This document shows positions 17,683-27,771 of a DNA stretch of 38,574 bases, piece after piece. Every line of letters starts with the position of its first letter. Within the stretch, counting starts at the first letter, position 1. The position numbers were made by a program, and so were the translations under genes. The notes below the pieces were generated by a model. It was given only the letters and a program-made list of their open reading frames with translations, was not told the origin of the DNA and made no database searches. Origin of the DNA: an uncultured Flavobacteriaceae bacterium (GTDB taxonomy: Bacteria > Bacteroidota > Bacteroidia > Flavobacteriales > Flavobacteriaceae); NCBI GenBank assembly GCA_964428855.1, contig CAYRZY010000002.1, positions 7,597 through 46,170 of the forward strand, given 5' to 3'.

Positions 17683-19710
17683 GTGAAAATACTGAAATAT
17701 ATACCACTACATTTTATATTTTTCCAAATTCTTGGGATTATTCTAGGGTTTTATTTGAACTTAGATCCTTTATTTATAAATTTATTTTTACTCTTATCTT
17801 TCATTTTATTAACTGTTTTATATGTTCTTTTTCGTAATAAACCTACCCAACAACACTATTTTTCATTCTCTACTTTCATTGTTTTTATCCTTATTGGGAT
17901 GGCTTCAATTACTTTTAAAAATAACAGTTTTAAAAGCAATTATTACACAAAAAATATTTCTGAAGCTAAAAATAAAACCGTACTACATATTAATGAGGTT
18001 CTAAAACCAAACAACTATTATGACAATTATATCGCAGATATTCACACGGTAAACAATAAACTATCTATTGGTAAAATCAAACTCAATATTTTAAAAGATA
18101 GCACCAATAACACCTTTTCAATTGATGATAAAATTATTGTTTTTGAAAATTTTAAGCCCATCAACAAACCATTAAATCCGTTTCAATTTAATTACAAGAA
18201 CTATTTAGCTCGAAAACAAATTCACCATCAAATTACCACTAAAAGTGATGATGTTTTTGTCTTAAACACCAATAAAACTACAGGTAAAGGATTGGCTTTT
18301 GCTTTTAGAGAAAGAATAAATCGTTCGTTAAAAAATAGCGGATTTAAAGGTAATGAATTGGCAATTATTAATGCTTTATTGCTAGGTAGACGTCAAGAAA
18401 TTTCAAAAGAAATCATTCAAAACTATCAAAAGGCAGGAGCCATCCATATTTTAGCAGTGTCAGGGTTACATGTAGGTATTATCCTTTTATTGCTCAATAT
18501 CCTACTAAAACCCATAGAGAGATTAAAAAACGGAAAGCTTATTAAATTGATATTGGTCGTTTTGTTTTTATGGATCTTTGCATTTATTGCTGGCTTGTCA
18601 GCATCAGTAATTAGAGCCGTTACAATGTTTACTGCTGTTGCCTTTTCTTTAGCAGATAAAAACTCAATCAACACTTATAAAGCTTTAATTATATCTATCT
18701 TTTTCTTATTACTTTTTAATCCGTATTACATTTTTGAAGTCGGATTTCAATTGAGTTATTTCGCTGTATTTTTTATCGTTTGGATACAACCTTTAATCTA
18801 TAAACTCTGGCAACCAACATCAAAAATTATTGATTACCCTTGGCAATTATTTACAGTTTCTATTGCTGCACAAATGGGTGTATTACCATTGAGTTTATAC
18901 TATTTTCATCAATTTCCTGGGCTGTTTTTTATTGCCAATTTAATTATCATTCCGTTTTTAGGACTAATTTTAGGATTGGGAGTTTTAGTCATATTCCTTT
19001 CTTTATTTAATGTATTGCCAAATTTTATAGCCAATACTTACGAGCATATTATCTCTCTTCTAAATTCAACTGTGGCTTGGGTAGCCAAACAAGAATCCTT
19101 TTTATTTCAAAACATATCATTTAGCATCGTTACTGTTGTACTTTCATATCTACTAATTATCCTCTTTTTTAAATGGATTGAAACTAAAAATTCCTCTTAT
19201 TTTAAATATGTACTTATTATTTTGCTGCTTTTTCAATCCAATTTGATTATAGAAAAATACAACATTAGCAATTCTAATGAATTTGTAATCTTCAATAAAA
19301 CAAGAAAAACCATCCTTACAGAAAGGAACGGGAAAAGTGTTGCTGTTTATTATAGTTATGATAATAAAACTAATAATAGTATTAATGCCTATTTAATTGG
19401 TACAAATTCTCAGATAATACGCACTAAAAATAGCATCAAAAACATATACAATTTACACTCTAAAAAACTATTGGTAATTGATAGTTTAAGTGTTTATAAA
19501 AACTTCAGTGTCACACCAGAAATTATACTCTTAAGAGATTCTCCTAATCTAAATTTAGAAAGGTTAATTAAAGAGGTGCAGCCAAAAACTATAATTGCTG
19601 ATGCATCCAATTACAAAAGCCTTATTTTGTTATGGCAAAAAACCTGTGAAAATTACAATATTACCTTTCATTATACCGTTAAGGATGGAGCATTTGTAAG
19701 AAAGTATTAA
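17683..19710 (+). CDS. comEC: ComEC/Rec2 competence channel (DUF4131 + Competence domain, no recognisable MBL domain)
   Basis: NPFQFNYK, ALLLG, HILAVSGLHVG, ASVIRA and VGFQLSY motifs; many TM helices. Confidence 0.93.
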   Translation: MKILKYIPLHFIFFQILGIILGFYLNLDPLFINLFLLLSFILLTVLYVLFRNKPTQQHYFSFSTFIVFILIGMASITFKNNSFKSNYYTKNISEAKNKTVLHINEVLKPNNYYDNYIADIHTVNNKLSIGKIKLNILKDSTNNTFSIDDKIIVFENFKPINKPLNPFQFNYKNYLARKQIHHQITTKSDDVFVLNTNKTTGKGLAFAFRERINRSLKNSGFKGNELAIINALLLGRRQEISKEIIQNYQKAGAIHILAVSGLHVGIILLLLNILLKPIERLKNGKLIKLILVVLFLWIFAFIAGLSASVIRAVTMFTAVAFSLADKNSINTYKALIISIFFLLLFNPYYIFEVGFQLSYFAVFFIVWIQPLIYKLWQPTSKIIDYPWQLFTVSIAAQMGVLPLSLYYFHQFPGLFFIANLIIIPFLGLILGLGVLVIFLSLFNVLPNFIANTYEHIISLLNSTVAWVAKQESFLFQNISFSIVTVVLSYLLIILFFKWIETKNSSYFKYVLIILLLFQSNLIIEKYNISNSNEFVIFNKTRKTILTERNGKSVAVYYSYDNKTNNSINAYLIGTNSQIIRTKNSIKNIYNLHSKKLLVIDSLSVYKNFSVTPEIILLRDSPNLNLERLIKEVQPKTIIADASNYKSLILLWQKTCENYNITFHYTVKDGAFVRKY

Positions 19711-19765
19711 ACCTTTCTACACTTAGTTTTTTAAATTATATTTGTAATCGAAAAATAAAAATTAT

Positions 19766-20773
19766 ATGAAAATTATTGTTCCTATGGCAGGTATTGGTTC
19801 TAGACTTAGACCACATACTTTAACCATACCAAAACCCTTAACTTTAGTAGCTGGAAAACCAATTGTACAAAGACTGGTAGAAGATATTGCTAAAGTTCTC
19901 AATCAAAAAATTGAAGAAATTGCTTTTGTTATCGGCCCAACTTTTCCTGCAGATACAGAAGAAAAATTACAAGCCATTGCAAAAGACTTAGGAACAACCT
20001 GTGTTGTCACAACACAAAATGAAGCTTTAGGTACTGCACATGCTATTCAATGTGCAAAAGAATCGTTAAGTGGCCCTTGTGTGGTTGCCTTTGCTGATAC
20101 ATTGTTTAAAGCTGATTTTACGCTAAATGCTGATGCAGATGGTGCTATTTGGGTAAAACAAGTTGAAAACCCTAATGCCTATGGTGTTATTAAATTAAAA
20201 GACGGAATTATTACTGATTTTGTTGAAAAACCAGAAGAATTTGTTTCTGATTTAGCTATTATTGGTATCTATTACTTTAAAAAAGGTGAAATTTTACGTG
20301 AAGAAATTCAGTATTTATTAGACAATGATATCAAAGAAAAAGGTGAATATCAACTAACCAATGCTCTTGAAAACATGAAACAAAAAGGCATGAGTTTTGT
20401 GCCTGGTCAAGTTGATGAATGGATGGATTGTGGTAATAAAGAAATTACCGTTGAAACTAACGGACGCGTATTACAATTTGCTCATCAAGCTGGCCAAAAT
20501 TTAGTAGCTGATTCGGTTATTTTAGAAAACTCTGAAATCATTCAGCCTTGCTACATTGGTGAAAATGTAACGTTAATTAATGCTAAAGTTGGTCCAAATG
20601 TGTCGCTTGGCACAAATTGTGTAGTAGAAAATTCAACAATTAGCGATTCATTAATTCAAACCAATACAACGATTAAAAATGCCAAATTAAAATATGCTAT
20701 GATAGGAAATCATGCTGAATATGATGGTGATTTTACATCAATTAGTATTGGTGATTATTCTAAATTGGTTTAA
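19766..20773 (+). CDS. Sugar-phosphate nucleotidyltransferase with C-terminal beta-helix
   Basis: PMAGIGSRLRPHTLTIPKPL, LGTAHA, FVEKP and WMDCG; hexapeptide-like C-terminus. Confidence 0.9.
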   Translation: MKIIVPMAGIGSRLRPHTLTIPKPLTLVAGKPIVQRLVEDIAKVLNQKIEEIAFVIGPTFPADTEEKLQAIAKDLGTTCVVTTQNEALGTAHAIQCAKESLSGPCVVAFADTLFKADFTLNADADGAIWVKQVENPNAYGVIKLKDGIITDFVEKPEEFVSDLAIIGIYYFKKGEILREEIQYLLDNDIKEKGEYQLTNALENMKQKGMSFVPGQVDEWMDCGNKEITVETNGRVLQFAHQAGQNLVADSVILENSEIIQPCYIGENVTLINAKVGPNVSLGTNCVVENSTISDSLIQTNTTIKNAKLKYAMIGNHAEYDGDFTSISIGDYSKLV

Positions 20774-20781
20774 AAGTTTAT

Positions 20782-21777
20782 ATGATTAAACGAGTCAAGC
20801 ATATTATTATATTATGTTTTATGAGCGTTTCTTTTATAGGATTCGCTCAACAAGACTCTTTAACCAACGTTTTACTTGCCAAAAAGAATAGTGAAGAAAT
20901 TCAAAAAGAGCAGAAAGAGCTCAACTTTGAGACCTTCTTTTTTGAAGCTTTACAAAAAAAAGCGATTGGTAACTTTGAAAAGGCTATTACTGCATTAGAA
21001 AATTGTCAAAATATTAATGATGGTGATAAAGCAATGCTTTTTGAATTTGGAAAAAATTATTTTGAATTAGAAAAATACCCTGAAGCAGAAGCCTACACTA
21101 AAAAATCACTAAATCAAGACCCTGACAATTTATTTATTCAATTATTACTTAGAGATATCTATAACAAACAAAATAATTATAAAGATGCCTTAGTTTTACA
21201 ACAAAAAATTGCTGTAAAAAATGAAAATTCTGAATTAGAACTGGTTACTCTTTATATTAAAAATAACCAGATTGATAATGCCAAACAGGTGTTACTTGAT
21301 TTAGAAAAAAAAGGTGCATTGTCTGCTAATTTAATCCCATTTAAAGAATCTTTATTAGATGGAAAGGCAGCAACACCAGAAGAAGCAACAATAATAAAAC
21401 CTCTAGAAAAACAATCTATAGAAGAATTAAAAATTGCATTTCAATCTAAAAAATCATTCAAAATTTTAAAACCTCTTCTAAACAAACTGAATAAAAACAA
21501 GAGGTATTTAGATTTAGAAAAAAATAGCCGGGAAGGTTTAGAGTTATTCCCAGCTCAACCTTTTGTGTGTTTGATGAATGCTACGGCTTTAAATTACACC
21601 AAACAGTATCAAAAAGCCTTAGTAGTTTTAGAAAGTGGATTAGACTATATTGTTGATGACACTTTACTTGAAGCATCCTTTTATGAGCAAATGAGTTTAA
21701 GCTATAGAGGGTTAAATAGAAATATTGAAGCTTCAAAATATTATAATAAATCGGTTGATTTAAATCAAAAAATATAA
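20782..21777 (+). CDS. Exported tetratricopeptide-repeat protein
   Basis: Signal peptide; FFEALQKKAIGNFEKAI and further TPR-like helices. Confidence 0.8.
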   Translation: MIKRVKHIIILCFMSVSFIGFAQQDSLTNVLLAKKNSEEIQKEQKELNFETFFFEALQKKAIGNFEKAITALENCQNINDGDKAMLFEFGKNYFELEKYPEAEAYTKKSLNQDPDNLFIQLLLRDIYNKQNNYKDALVLQQKIAVKNENSELELVTLYIKNNQIDNAKQVLLDLEKKGALSANLIPFKESLLDGKAATPEEATIIKPLEKQSIEELKIAFQSKKSFKILKPLLNKLNKNKRYLDLEKNSREGLELFPAQPFVCLMNATALNYTKQYQKALVVLESGLDYIVDDTLLEASFYEQMSLSYRGLNRNIEASKYYNKSVDLNQKI

Positions 21778-22553
21778 TGATCTTAAAAAAAGTTATCCTT
21801 CTAATTGTACTTTTTACAGCTACCTATTCTTGTAAAACAACTAAAATTTTGAATAAAAATATGGATACTGGTCTGTCTTCAAAAAAAGTGATTAAAAATC
21901 ATTATATCAATACTTTTAATAAAGAAACTGTAAAAGCGAAATTGAAAGTAAAATATAGTGGAAAATCAAGTTTGCCTAGCATCACAGCTTCGTTAAGAAT
22001 AAAAAAGGATGAAACTATTTGGATTAGCTTAACCAAGTTAGGTTTCCCTATAGGTAAGGTATTAATAACACCTAATAGGGTTAGTTTCTACGAAAAAATT
22101 AATAGAACCTATTTTGATGGAGATTTTACGTTGATAAGTAATTTATTGGGTACCGAATTAGATTTTGAAAAAGTGCAAAACTTATTATTCGGTCAAGCAT
22201 TGTTAAATCTAAAAAAAGAATCTTTCAATCTTGAAGTTGATAAAAACAACTATTTATTAAAACCTAAAGTTGCAAATAGTATATATGATATTTTGTTTTT
22301 AATCAATCCGCTAAATTTTAAGATTAACAGTCAACAAATTAAACAATTAGATAAAAACAATATTTTAACTATCAATTACCCTAAATATACGACTATTGAT
22401 GGTGAAATTTTCCCGAAAGAAATTTATATTAAAGCTTCTGATGTGAAAAACACTTCTTCCATTTCTGTTAATTATAAATCTGTTGAGTTTGATCAACCTG
22501 TTAGTTTTCCTTTTAAAATACCTGAAAACTACGAAAAAGTAGAATTAAAATAA
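21777..22553 (+). CDS. DUF4292 family lipoprotein
   Basis: Lipobox TYSC; RIKKDETIWIS, ITPNRV, YFDGDF and LDFEKVQNLLFG; 1-bp overlap with the TPR gene. Confidence 0.85.
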   Translation: MILKKVILLIVLFTATYSCKTTKILNKNMDTGLSSKKVIKNHYINTFNKETVKAKLKVKYSGKSSLPSITASLRIKKDETIWISLTKLGFPIGKVLITPNRVSFYEKINRTYFDGDFTLISNLLGTELDFEKVQNLLFGQALLNLKKESFNLEVDKNNYLLKPKVANSIYDILFLINPLNFKINSQQIKQLDKNNILTINYPKYTTIDGEIFPKEIYIKASDVKNTSSISVNYKSVEFDQPVSFPFKIPENYEKVELK

Positions 22554-22624
22554 ACAATATTAAATTGTTGAAACATTTTCAATATTAAAAATATAGTTTA
22601 AGTAAAAAAATATAGTTTTGTACT

Positions 22625-23845
22625 ATGAATTTAAGAGTAGTCATTTTTATCCTATTTTCAATTTTCTTCTCTTTGACTTCGTTCGGTCAAACAAAAAAAC
22701 AATTAGAGAAAAAAAGAAAACAACTACAAAAAGAAATTAGAGAAACACAAAGCCTTCTTTTTAAATCTAAAGAAGAAGCTGAAGCCTTACTTTCTGAACT
22801 TGACGATTTAAATAAAATAATTAGTGTGCGTTCACGATTGATTAGAACCATTAATGCTGAGGCTGAAAAACTTTCAGATGAAATCACATCTAATGAAAAT
22901 GAAATTAGCCAATTAGAAAAAGACTTAACTGTTTTAAAAAAGGATTATGCTGATATGATTGTCAAATCATATAAAAGTAAAAACAAACAAAGCGGGTTGA
23001 TGTTTTTACTTTCTTCTGAAAATTTTACGCAGGCCTATAAAAGGATGCAATACATGAAACAGTATACCAATTATAGAAAACAACAAGGTGAGAAAATTAA
23101 AATTTCAGCGAACGAATTAATTGTTATGACCGATTCTTTACGTGTTAAAGAAGATGAGAAGAGAATGCTATTAGGTATTTATTTAAAACAAAAAGACAGT
23201 GTAGGTCGTGAAAAAACTTCTCAAGTTAGATTGGTTGGTAAAGTAAAAGAAAAAGAGAAAAAGTACATCACTCAAATAAAAAATATACAAACTGAAGAAC
23301 GGAAAATTGATAAAAAAATAGAACGATTAATTGCAGAGGCTATTAGAAAATCTAAAAAAGGTAAAACCGGTACTGGTAAAAAATCTTCTTCTAGTTTTCA
23401 TTTAACACCCGAGGCAAAGAAACTAGAATCTAACTTTGTAGCTAACAAAGGTATTTTACCTTGGCCAACCAAAAGAGGCGTTGTGGTTAGACGGTTTGGT
23501 ACACAGCCTCACCCTACTCTTGCAGGAATTACCATTCAAAGTAGCGGAATACATATAGCAACAGAAAAAAATACCAAAGCTAGGGCTGTATTTAATGGTA
23601 AAGTTATGTCTATTGTTAAACTTTCTGGTGGGAAAAAATTAGTTTTAATTCAACATGGTAATTACATTTCTGGCTATCAAAATTTAGATCATGTATCTGT
23701 TAAAGTAGGTGAGAATATTACTACTAAACAAGAAATAGGTACCATACATACTGATGCCACCACAGGTAAAACTATTTTAATTTTTATATTAAATAAAAGT
23801 AATAAGTTCCAAAATCCTGAACCTTGGATTGGTAAAATGACTTAA
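22625..23845 (+). CDS. EnvC-like murein hydrolase activator (coiled coil + degenerate M23)
   Basis: Long coiled coil, NKGILPWP, ARAVFNG, HGNY; the M23 zinc ligands are absent. Confidence 0.88.
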   Translation: MNLRVVIFILFSIFFSLTSFGQTKKQLEKKRKQLQKEIRETQSLLFKSKEEAEALLSELDDLNKIISVRSRLIRTINAEAEKLSDEITSNENEISQLEKDLTVLKKDYADMIVKSYKSKNKQSGLMFLLSSENFTQAYKRMQYMKQYTNYRKQQGEKIKISANELIVMTDSLRVKEDEKRMLLGIYLKQKDSVGREKTSQVRLVGKVKEKEKKYITQIKNIQTEERKIDKKIERLIAEAIRKSKKGKTGTGKKSSSSFHLTPEAKKLESNFVANKGILPWPTKRGVVVRRFGTQPHPTLAGITIQSSGIHIATEKNTKARAVFNGKVMSIVKLSGGKKLVLIQHGNYISGYQNLDHVSVKVGENITTKQEIGTIHTDATTGKTILIFILNKSNKFQNPEPWIGKMT

Positions 23846-23852
23846 GAAAACT

Positions 23853-24368
23853 CTAAGACCTCATAAACAAAGCCCTCAATTCTCCAGCATCTTGGGGTTT
23901 CATTCTACCAGACAACACTAAACTCAACTGTTTTCTACGTAAAGCTCCGTCAAAACGTTCTTGCTCTAATTTTGTTTCAGGTTGAATTGCGGGTACTTTT
24001 ATAGGAGTTCCTGTTTTGTCAACAGCTACAAAAGTATAAATACCTTCATTTACCTTTGTTTTTTGTCCACTTTTTAAATCTTCTGTCCATACGTCAGCAT
24101 AGACTTCCATAGAAGACTTAAACGCTCTTGAAACTTTTGCTTCGACTGAAACAATACTACCCACAGGTACAGCCTTATTAAAAACCACATGGTTTACAGA
24201 AGCTGTCACTACAATTTGACCCGAATGCCTTTGTGCAGCTATACTACAAGCCCTATCCATACGTGCTAATATTTCGCCTCCAAACAAACTATGCAATGCA
24301 TTTGTTTCACCAGGTAAAACCATATCGGTTAAAGTAGTTAAAGAGTCTTTAGGTGTTTTGGTATTCAT
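23853..24368 (-). CDS. Acyl-CoA thioesterase (hotdog fold, YciA-like)
   Basis: VLPGETN, LFGGEILARMD, VTASVN and YTFVAVD. Confidence 0.92.
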   Translation of the reverse strand: MNTKTPKDSLTTLTDMVLPGETNALHSLFGGEILARMDRACSIAAQRHSGQIVVTASVNHVVFNKAVPVGSIVSVEAKVSRAFKSSMEVYADVWTEDLKSGQKTKVNEGIYTFVAVDKTGTPIKVPAIQPETKLEQERFDGALRRKQLSLVLSGRMKPQDAGELRALFMRS

Positions 24369-24535
24369 AAAGTGTATTTTATTTTAGACAAAGGTATTCA
24401 ATATTCAAGTACAACCTGAATTTACCATTGTCAAATTTTAACAAGAAATATTTTATAAAAGGGGTTAGTTTTTTTAGTCGTAAATTACGACAACTCACTA
24501 AAAAATGGTAATTAGGGCTTATAAAAAGAAAACTT

Positions 24536-25468
24536 TTAAAGATTCTGAATCAACAACCAAGCGTCTTCAGATTCGGTTTTTTTAATTCTATATAAGTTAT
24601 TAATAGCATTGTTTCTTTCAGTATAACTCTCGTAAGAAACCTGAGTTAAACCCCATTTATTAACACCTAAAATTCTAGCTTTATATCCATTTGCTATCAG
24701 TTTGTTTACCAAACGTTGAGCATTTTCAGGATACCTAAATGCTCCTGCAATTACATGAAAAGGTTTTTTATCTAAAGTAACATTAACACTTATTGAAGGC
24801 AAAGCTTCTGAAACAATAAAAGTTGCTTTTTCAATCTTTTTCTCAACTTCATGTTGTTGTTTTTGAGCAGCAACTAACTGTTGTTCACTCTTGTGTTTTT
24901 GATAAATAGAATTTCCACCGAATCCTAAAACAGAAAGGCCAAGAACAAGAATCGCAGCATATTTTAAATAATTTGGAGTTTCTTTTTCCTTATTTGTCAA
25001 AATAACAGGCTCTTTTTTCTCTAATTTTTCTGCTTGTTTGATATATGCTTCTCTTTTTACTTCTGGTAACACAAATGAAGCCAAACCGAAAGATCCTGCT
25101 AAATAATTGATTTTTATTTGGGGTTCAAAAATTAGTGTACTACTTGCATCTAACGAAAATTTACCAATGTTTTCTAAATCTAGATCTGTTTGTTTTAACG
25201 TTTCAAACCATTGTTTTATTTCAAACTTTATAAAATTTACAGCAGAATCATAAGGCACTTGATCTACTGCAGCAATATAATTAGCAAGTAATCTATCGTT
25301 ATTCTTTAAATGACTATTAAAAGTAATTGATTTATGAGGCGGGTGAAAGGTATTGGTGTTTTTATTAATAAATGCAGATTTAGTACTGCTTATAAAACCT
25401 CCAAAATTAGGCACAATAACACATTCATACCTGTATAATAAATCGCTTATGTATTCTGAAAGTTTCAG
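24536..25468 (-). CDS. SPOR-domain protein with N-terminal HU/CCDC81-like domains
   Basis: Frame extends upstream of the track start to CTG-KLSEYISDLLYRYECVIVPNFGGF. Central TM helix; C-terminal FHVIAGAFR...NA...AWLL SPOR domain. Confidence 0.85.
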   Translation of the reverse strand: MKLSEYISDLLYRYECVIVPNFGGFISSTKSAFINKNTNTFHPPHKSITFNSHLKNNDRLLANYIAAVDQVPYDSAVNFIKFEIKQWFETLKQTDLDLENIGKFSLDASSTLIFEPQIKINYLAGSFGLASFVLPEVKREAYIKQAEKLEKKEPVILTNKEKETPNYLKYAAILVLGLSVLGFGGNSIYQKHKSEQQLVAAQKQQHEVEKKIEKATFIVSEALPSISVNVTLDKKPFHVIAGAFRYPENAQRLVNKLIANGYKARILGVNKWGLTQVSYESYTERNNAINNLYRIKKTESEDAWLLIQNL

Positions 25469-25588
25469 TTGATTAAATCTTAGGGGTGTTTGGTAAAAAC
25501 AAATTTAGAAAAAACTTTAGATTAAATATGCTTTACCTACTAATTTTATTAACAATTTTTGTACATTTAATTTCCTAAATTTCAATGT

Positions 25589-26692
25589 TTGAACACTAAA
25601 GAACTTCTTAATCTCTTAGCTTTAATCAATGCAAATGGCATTGGCGATGTCATGGCTAAGAAATTAATTTCTCATTGTGGTAGTGCAACTCAAGTTTTTG
25701 CAGAGAGAAAACAAGCCCTCTCTAAAATCTCTGGAGTTGGTACAGCCATTATATATGCACTAAAAGATAATACCCTTTTTACTAGAGCTGAAAAAGAAAT
25801 TGATTTTATGAATACCAATGCTATTCAATATTCATATTTTCAAGACGATGATTATCCTATGTATTTAAAACATTGCTTTGATGCTCCTATTTTCTTTTTT
25901 AAAAAAGGAAATATTCAGTTAAATCATCAGAAAATGATAAGTATAGTTGGCACTCGTCAAATGACCAGTTATGGAAAATCTGTATTAGAAGACCTTATCA
26001 AAAATTTAGCACCTTACAATCCTGTTATTGTTAGTGGATTGGCATATGGTGTTGATGTTCATGCTCATAAATTGGCTATTGAAAACAAATTACAAACAGT
26101 TGCTGTTTTGGCTCATGGTTTGGATAGAGTTTACCCTGCTATCCATAAAAAATATGTAGATAAAATGATGAGTAATGGAGGTTTAATAACTGACTATTGG
26201 TCAAATACCAAACCCGAAAGAGAAAATTTTGTAAAAAGAAATAGAATTGTGGCGGGACTTTCACAGGCTACTATTGTTATAGAGTCAGCCGATAAAGGTG
26301 GTTCGTTAATTACCGCAGACATTGCCAATTCATACAATAGAGAGGTGTTTGCCATTCCTGGAAGGATAACTGATGCCTACAGTCGAGGATGCAATCAATT
26401 GATTAAAACCAATAAAGCTGCCGTTTTAACTTCTGCCAAAGACATAGCCTATATTTTAGGATGGGAAAAAGATGACAAACAAAAACAAGCCATTCAGCAA
26501 CAATTGTTTATTGAGCTTTCAGATACTGAAAAAGGTCTTTATAATTACTTACTAAAAGAAGGAAAACAACAATTAGATCTCATTGCATTGCACTGTAATT
26601 TACCAGTCTTTAAAACAGCAACCTTGTTATTGACTTTAGAATTGAAAGGTGTTATTAAGCCCTTACCTGGAAAGATTTTTGAAGCAATCTAG
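25589..26692 (+). CDS. dprA: DNA-processing protein DprA
   Basis: SIVGTR, VSGLAYGVD, VLAHG, FVKRNRIVAG, GGSLITA, VFAIPG and a C-terminal wHTH; TTG start. Confidence 0.97.
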   Translation: MNTKELLNLLALINANGIGDVMAKKLISHCGSATQVFAERKQALSKISGVGTAIIYALKDNTLFTRAEKEIDFMNTNAIQYSYFQDDDYPMYLKHCFDAPIFFFKKGNIQLNHQKMISIVGTRQMTSYGKSVLEDLIKNLAPYNPVIVSGLAYGVDVHAHKLAIENKLQTVAVLAHGLDRVYPAIHKKYVDKMMSNGGLITDYWSNTKPERENFVKRNRIVAGLSQATIVIESADKGGSLITADIANSYNREVFAIPGRITDAYSRGCNQLIKTNKAAVLTSAKDIAYILGWEKDDKQKQAIQQQLFIELSDTEKGLYNYLLKEGKQQLDLIALHCNLPVFKTATLLLTLELKGVIKPLPGKIFEAI

Positions 26693-26695
26693 TTT

Positions 26696-26725
26696 AGTTG
26701 GCAGTATTCAGTCGCAGTTTACAGT
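26696..26725. repeat. Heptameric short tandem repeat between convergent genes
   Basis: AGTTGGC AGTATTC AGTCGC AGTTTAC AGT. Confidence 0.55.
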
Positions 26726-26732
26726 AAATCTT

Positions 26733-27092
26733 CTAATTCGGTATAAACTCTTTTTCAACAAAATATTGAATTACAGCTTCTTTCATTAATATAGATTGCT
26801 CGCCTGGTTTTAAAAAAGGCAATTCGTCAATAGTCTTGTAATGTGGCCAGCCATCTTCATCAAAAAAGTCAAATTCATAATAACCTAATGGTTCTAATAG
26901 GCGACAAATGGCAATATGCATCAAGTTTATTTTTTCATCTTTTTTAAATTTCCGATGACCTTGACCCAACTCTTGTACACCTATCAAATAAATAATCGCG
27001 TCTAAATCTACCGAATCTCCATCAGCAAATTGCTTTGAAATTTTCGATTTCAACAATTCCCATTTCATTTTTAATTCTAAATCTCTAGACAT
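26733..27092 (-). CDS. Conserved Bacteroidota hypothetical protein
   Basis: LDAIIYLIGVQELGQ, KINLMHIAIC and DEDGWPHY. ATG at 27092 avoids overlap with the upstream gene (track: 27149). Confidence 0.8.
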   Translation of the reverse strand: MSRDLELKMKWELLKSKISKQFADGDSVDLDAIIYLIGVQELGQGHRKFKKDEKINLMHIAICRLLEPLGYYEFDFFDEDGWPHYKTIDELPFLKPGEQSILMKEAVIQYFVEKEFIPN

Positions 27093-27124
27093 TTTAAAAA
27101 ATTTACACAAAGATAAATGATAGT

Positions 27125-27667
27125 TTACTTCTTTCTGTTTAAAACCCAACCTAATTCTATATCAATTAATGGAGAAACAGAGCTATTATTACTTAAAGTT
27201 TCATAAGCATAACCCACTCCTAAATCTAAAGAAAGCCTAAAACCTTTTTTGTATGTACGCTGAAAACCCCAAGTTGGACCTGCTATAAAAACAGCTTGAT
27301 CATTATATCTGCTATTCTTAAATAAAGGTTTTTGACTTTGTATCACAGCTATAAAAGATATATAATTAGCAGAATTGTTTGCTATTCTCTTCCCTTTTTT
27401 TGCTCTTTTTTCAAAATTATAATAATACTTATATTGACTTTCAAAATATGGGAAAAAAGAAATTTCTGTATCTCGATTAGAACCAGCTACAAAACTAAAA
27501 CCTGTTCCTACCTCAAAAGTTATTGAAGTTTTATCAGTTAGCCCTGCCTCATACCCAATACTTGGCACTAAAAAGTTTAGTTTAAGTTGACTTTTTTCAA
27601 CTTTACCATTTTGAGCATTTACTAAAAAAGTAAAAAATATAAAGATAAAAAATAACTTGTTTTTCAT
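27125..27667 (-). CDS. Small outer-membrane beta-barrel-like protein (DUF3575-like)
   Basis: Signal peptide; alternating beta-strand pattern (SIGYEAGL, KYYYNF, GPTWGFQR, LSLDLGVGY). Confidence 0.7.
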   Translation of the reverse strand: MKNKLFFIFIFFTFLVNAQNGKVEKSQLKLNFLVPSIGYEAGLTDKTSITFEVGTGFSFVAGSNRDTEISFFPYFESQYKYYYNFEKRAKKGKRIANNSANYISFIAVIQSQKPLFKNSRYNDQAVFIAGPTWGFQRTYKKGFRLSLDLGVGYAYETLSNNSSVSPLIDIELGWVLNRKK

Positions 27668-27701
27668 AGATAACTTGTTTTACAATTAGTCATATAAGTT
27701 C

Positions 27702-27716
27702 ACAAAAACAATGCCA
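27702..27716 (-). promoter_or_regulatory. sigma54-like promoter upstream of small OMP gene
   Basis: Minus strand TGGCATTGTTTTTGT with GG-N10-G spacing, 34 bp before the ATG. Confidence 0.55.
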
Positions 27717-27771
27717 TAAAAATGACTTATTTAAATTACTTTTGTATCCTAACTTACTTATTTATATAATC

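Noticed and set aside
13872-18674. Short ORFs 13872-14072, 13981-14178, 15228-15428, 16553-16792, 17637-17837, 17822-18004, 18426-18674
   Set aside because: Antisense or out-of-frame overlaps of prc, surE, lpxB and comEC.
17683-19710. ComEC lacking the beta-lactamase-like domain as a truncation
   Set aside because: ComEC proteins without this domain are common, and the ORF is uninterrupted.
22625-23845. Inactive M23 peptidase as a pseudogene
   Set aside because: Loss of zinc ligands is the normal state of EnvC-type activators, and the ORF is intact.
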